Made by a program: the position numbers and the translations under genes. Positions 62,760 through 64,000 of a stretch of DNA of 64,000 nt are shown here, piece by piece. Origin of the DNA: Thalia democratica (lineage: Eukaryota); the NCBI GenBank assembly GCA_965202585.1, contig CBDBBG010000090.1:1-64000 (forward strand), written 5' to 3'. The first letter of the stretch is position 1. Each line of letters begins with the position of its first letter. The notes below the pieces were generated by a model that was given only the letters and a program-made list of their open reading frames with translations, searched no databases and was not told the DNA's origin.

Positions 62760-63660
62760 TTAATAAAATTTTTATTTTTTTTAATTTTTTCAAACTTTGT
62801 TTCTACATAATTTTCTAAATATTGCAAGGAACATTTCTTGAAAATTTCAAGTAGTTATCGTTAAAAACGTAGGAGAAGATAGATTTTTAGTTATTTGCCG
62901 TTTTAGTTTGTGCCTCCCATAAGGAACTTATTGTTGCCTTTGATTGGCTATATTTCAAAAACTATTTTGGGTAATTTCCTAGGATGATTTCGCACTAATA
63001 TCAAAGTGAAAATATTTTACACTTTCAATTTTATACTTTGATACGATAATTATAGAGTTGAAATATAAGGTACACAATTACTCAAATTTGAACAGAAAAC
63101 TTTTATAAATAATTTATAACATAGTTATTTTTTTTTCTATCATCATGGTTAACCCTAACCCTTACACTTGATTGGTAGCTTTTTTTTGTGTTTTTATTTT
63201 AATTTTTTTAGTATTCTTTTTAATAATAATCTATATTATTATTTTTTTCATTATCACTGCTACCTCTAACTCTTATTCTTGATCTGTAGCTTTTTTTTTT
63301 GTTTATAAGTCTATCATTTAGTTTTAATTTTTAAATAATTTTTATTAGTTTTAATTTTACTATCACTCATACCCCTAACCCTTACCCTCGAATCTCGATC
63401 AGTAGCTTTGTTTTTATCAATCAAAAATTTTGTTAAGATTTAGAGCTTTTCATTTCTATACTCGTCTTATCATAGTGTAAAATTAAAAGTGTAAAATGTT
63501 TTCACTTTACCCTATTTTGATATCCTAGGAAATTACCCAATTTTGATTTTTAAATCTGTAAAAAGCATCTTGTAGCTTAGTAAAAACTTTTTAAAATAAG
63601 ATCAAATTGTAAAATCAAATTGTGAAAAAAAGTGTTTCACACCCCACCCACCTAATGCCC
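62760..63660. mobile_element. Right half of TTAA-family palindromic MITE, interrupted by a second element
   Basis: aaggaacatttcttgaaa, ttttagtttgtgcctcccataagg and terminal cctaatgccc match the 13902-14468 right arm on both sides of 62969-63538. Confidence 0.75.
62969..63538. mobile_element. MITE with GGGTAATTTCCTAGGAT TIRs (about 90 bp imperfect) and probable 6-bp TSD
   Basis: GGGTAATTTCCTAGGAT...ATCCTAGGAAATTACCC; flanks tatttt/aatttt; three diverged ~115-bp internal units with CCCTAA-like motifs. Confidence 0.8.
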
Positions 63661-63695
63661 TTGACAGACTTATAAAAGTAGCAATAAGATGTATT

Positions 63696-64000
63696 CAGGT
63701 TTGCCAAATGTTTTTGGCAAATTTATTTTAAAGTTTAAAATTTTCCTCCAGGCTTTTAAAAGTACACATTTGTTGTTCTATTTTTAGTTAAAAGTTTAGT
63801 TTAAGGTAAAAATATGTGTTAAATAGCATAAAAATATTGAAAAGAAACTGTAAAGCTACTTTAAATTTATTTTTCATAAAAAAAAATTATCTATTTGGTA
63901 AATTTTTGTGTCAAATCAAAATTTTTCTACTAAACATCTTAAGATTGTTTAAAATTCCAGGTTTTTCCAGTTTATTTTTTCACAAATTCTAGGTTTTTCC
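63696..64000. mobile_element. MITE of the 3824/6008 family, runs off the window end
   Basis: CAGGTTTGCCA start; gtgttaaatag, actgtaaagctactttaaat, tttttgtgtcaaatcaaaattt and aaattccaggtttttccag shared with 6008-6421. Confidence 0.8.

Noticed and set aside
63148-63388. CCCTAA motifs as a true or interstitial telomere
   Set aside because: Only about two repeats each, and they lie inside a TIR element.

Overview
Very AT-rich eukaryotic (animal) genomic DNA with short GT-AG introns and one 100-N assembly gap (59531-59630). A Ciona-type spliced-leader-like 13-mer hints at a tunicate, but taxon is inference only. Host genes: a disabled BACK-Kelch paralogue (11-1403, +); an intact two-exon degenerate-BTB/BACK/Kelch gene (-, 43482-43287 joined to 36071-34660); a spliced gene (-) whose 1.45-kb exon encodes five tandem divergent homeodomains, with downstream exons to 54081; and an unusually GC-rich, intronless, divergent eukaryotic-type class II lysyl-tRNA synthetase exon (-). 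Much of the rest is mobile DNA. The centrepiece is a 13.1-kb Mutator/foldback (Rehavkus/FB-NOF-like) element (15976-29119, perfect 10-bp TSD). Its arms are built of 133-bp repeats, its loop carries an exon with an 8-aa coding minisatellite, and its right arm is split by a roughly 25-exon DDE transposase with Ulp1-like and PHD domains. Also present: a full-length intact CR1-clade LINE with an SL-like 5' end and a CCC-UUU-CGU +1 frameshift-like motif at the ORF1/ORF2 overlap; a hAT-like relic (6-bp TSD) carrying a nested RTE fragment inside the Kelch intron; a Penelope-like remnant with a minimal hammerhead ribozyme; and several MITE families. All exon structures were read by eye and need RNA confirmation.
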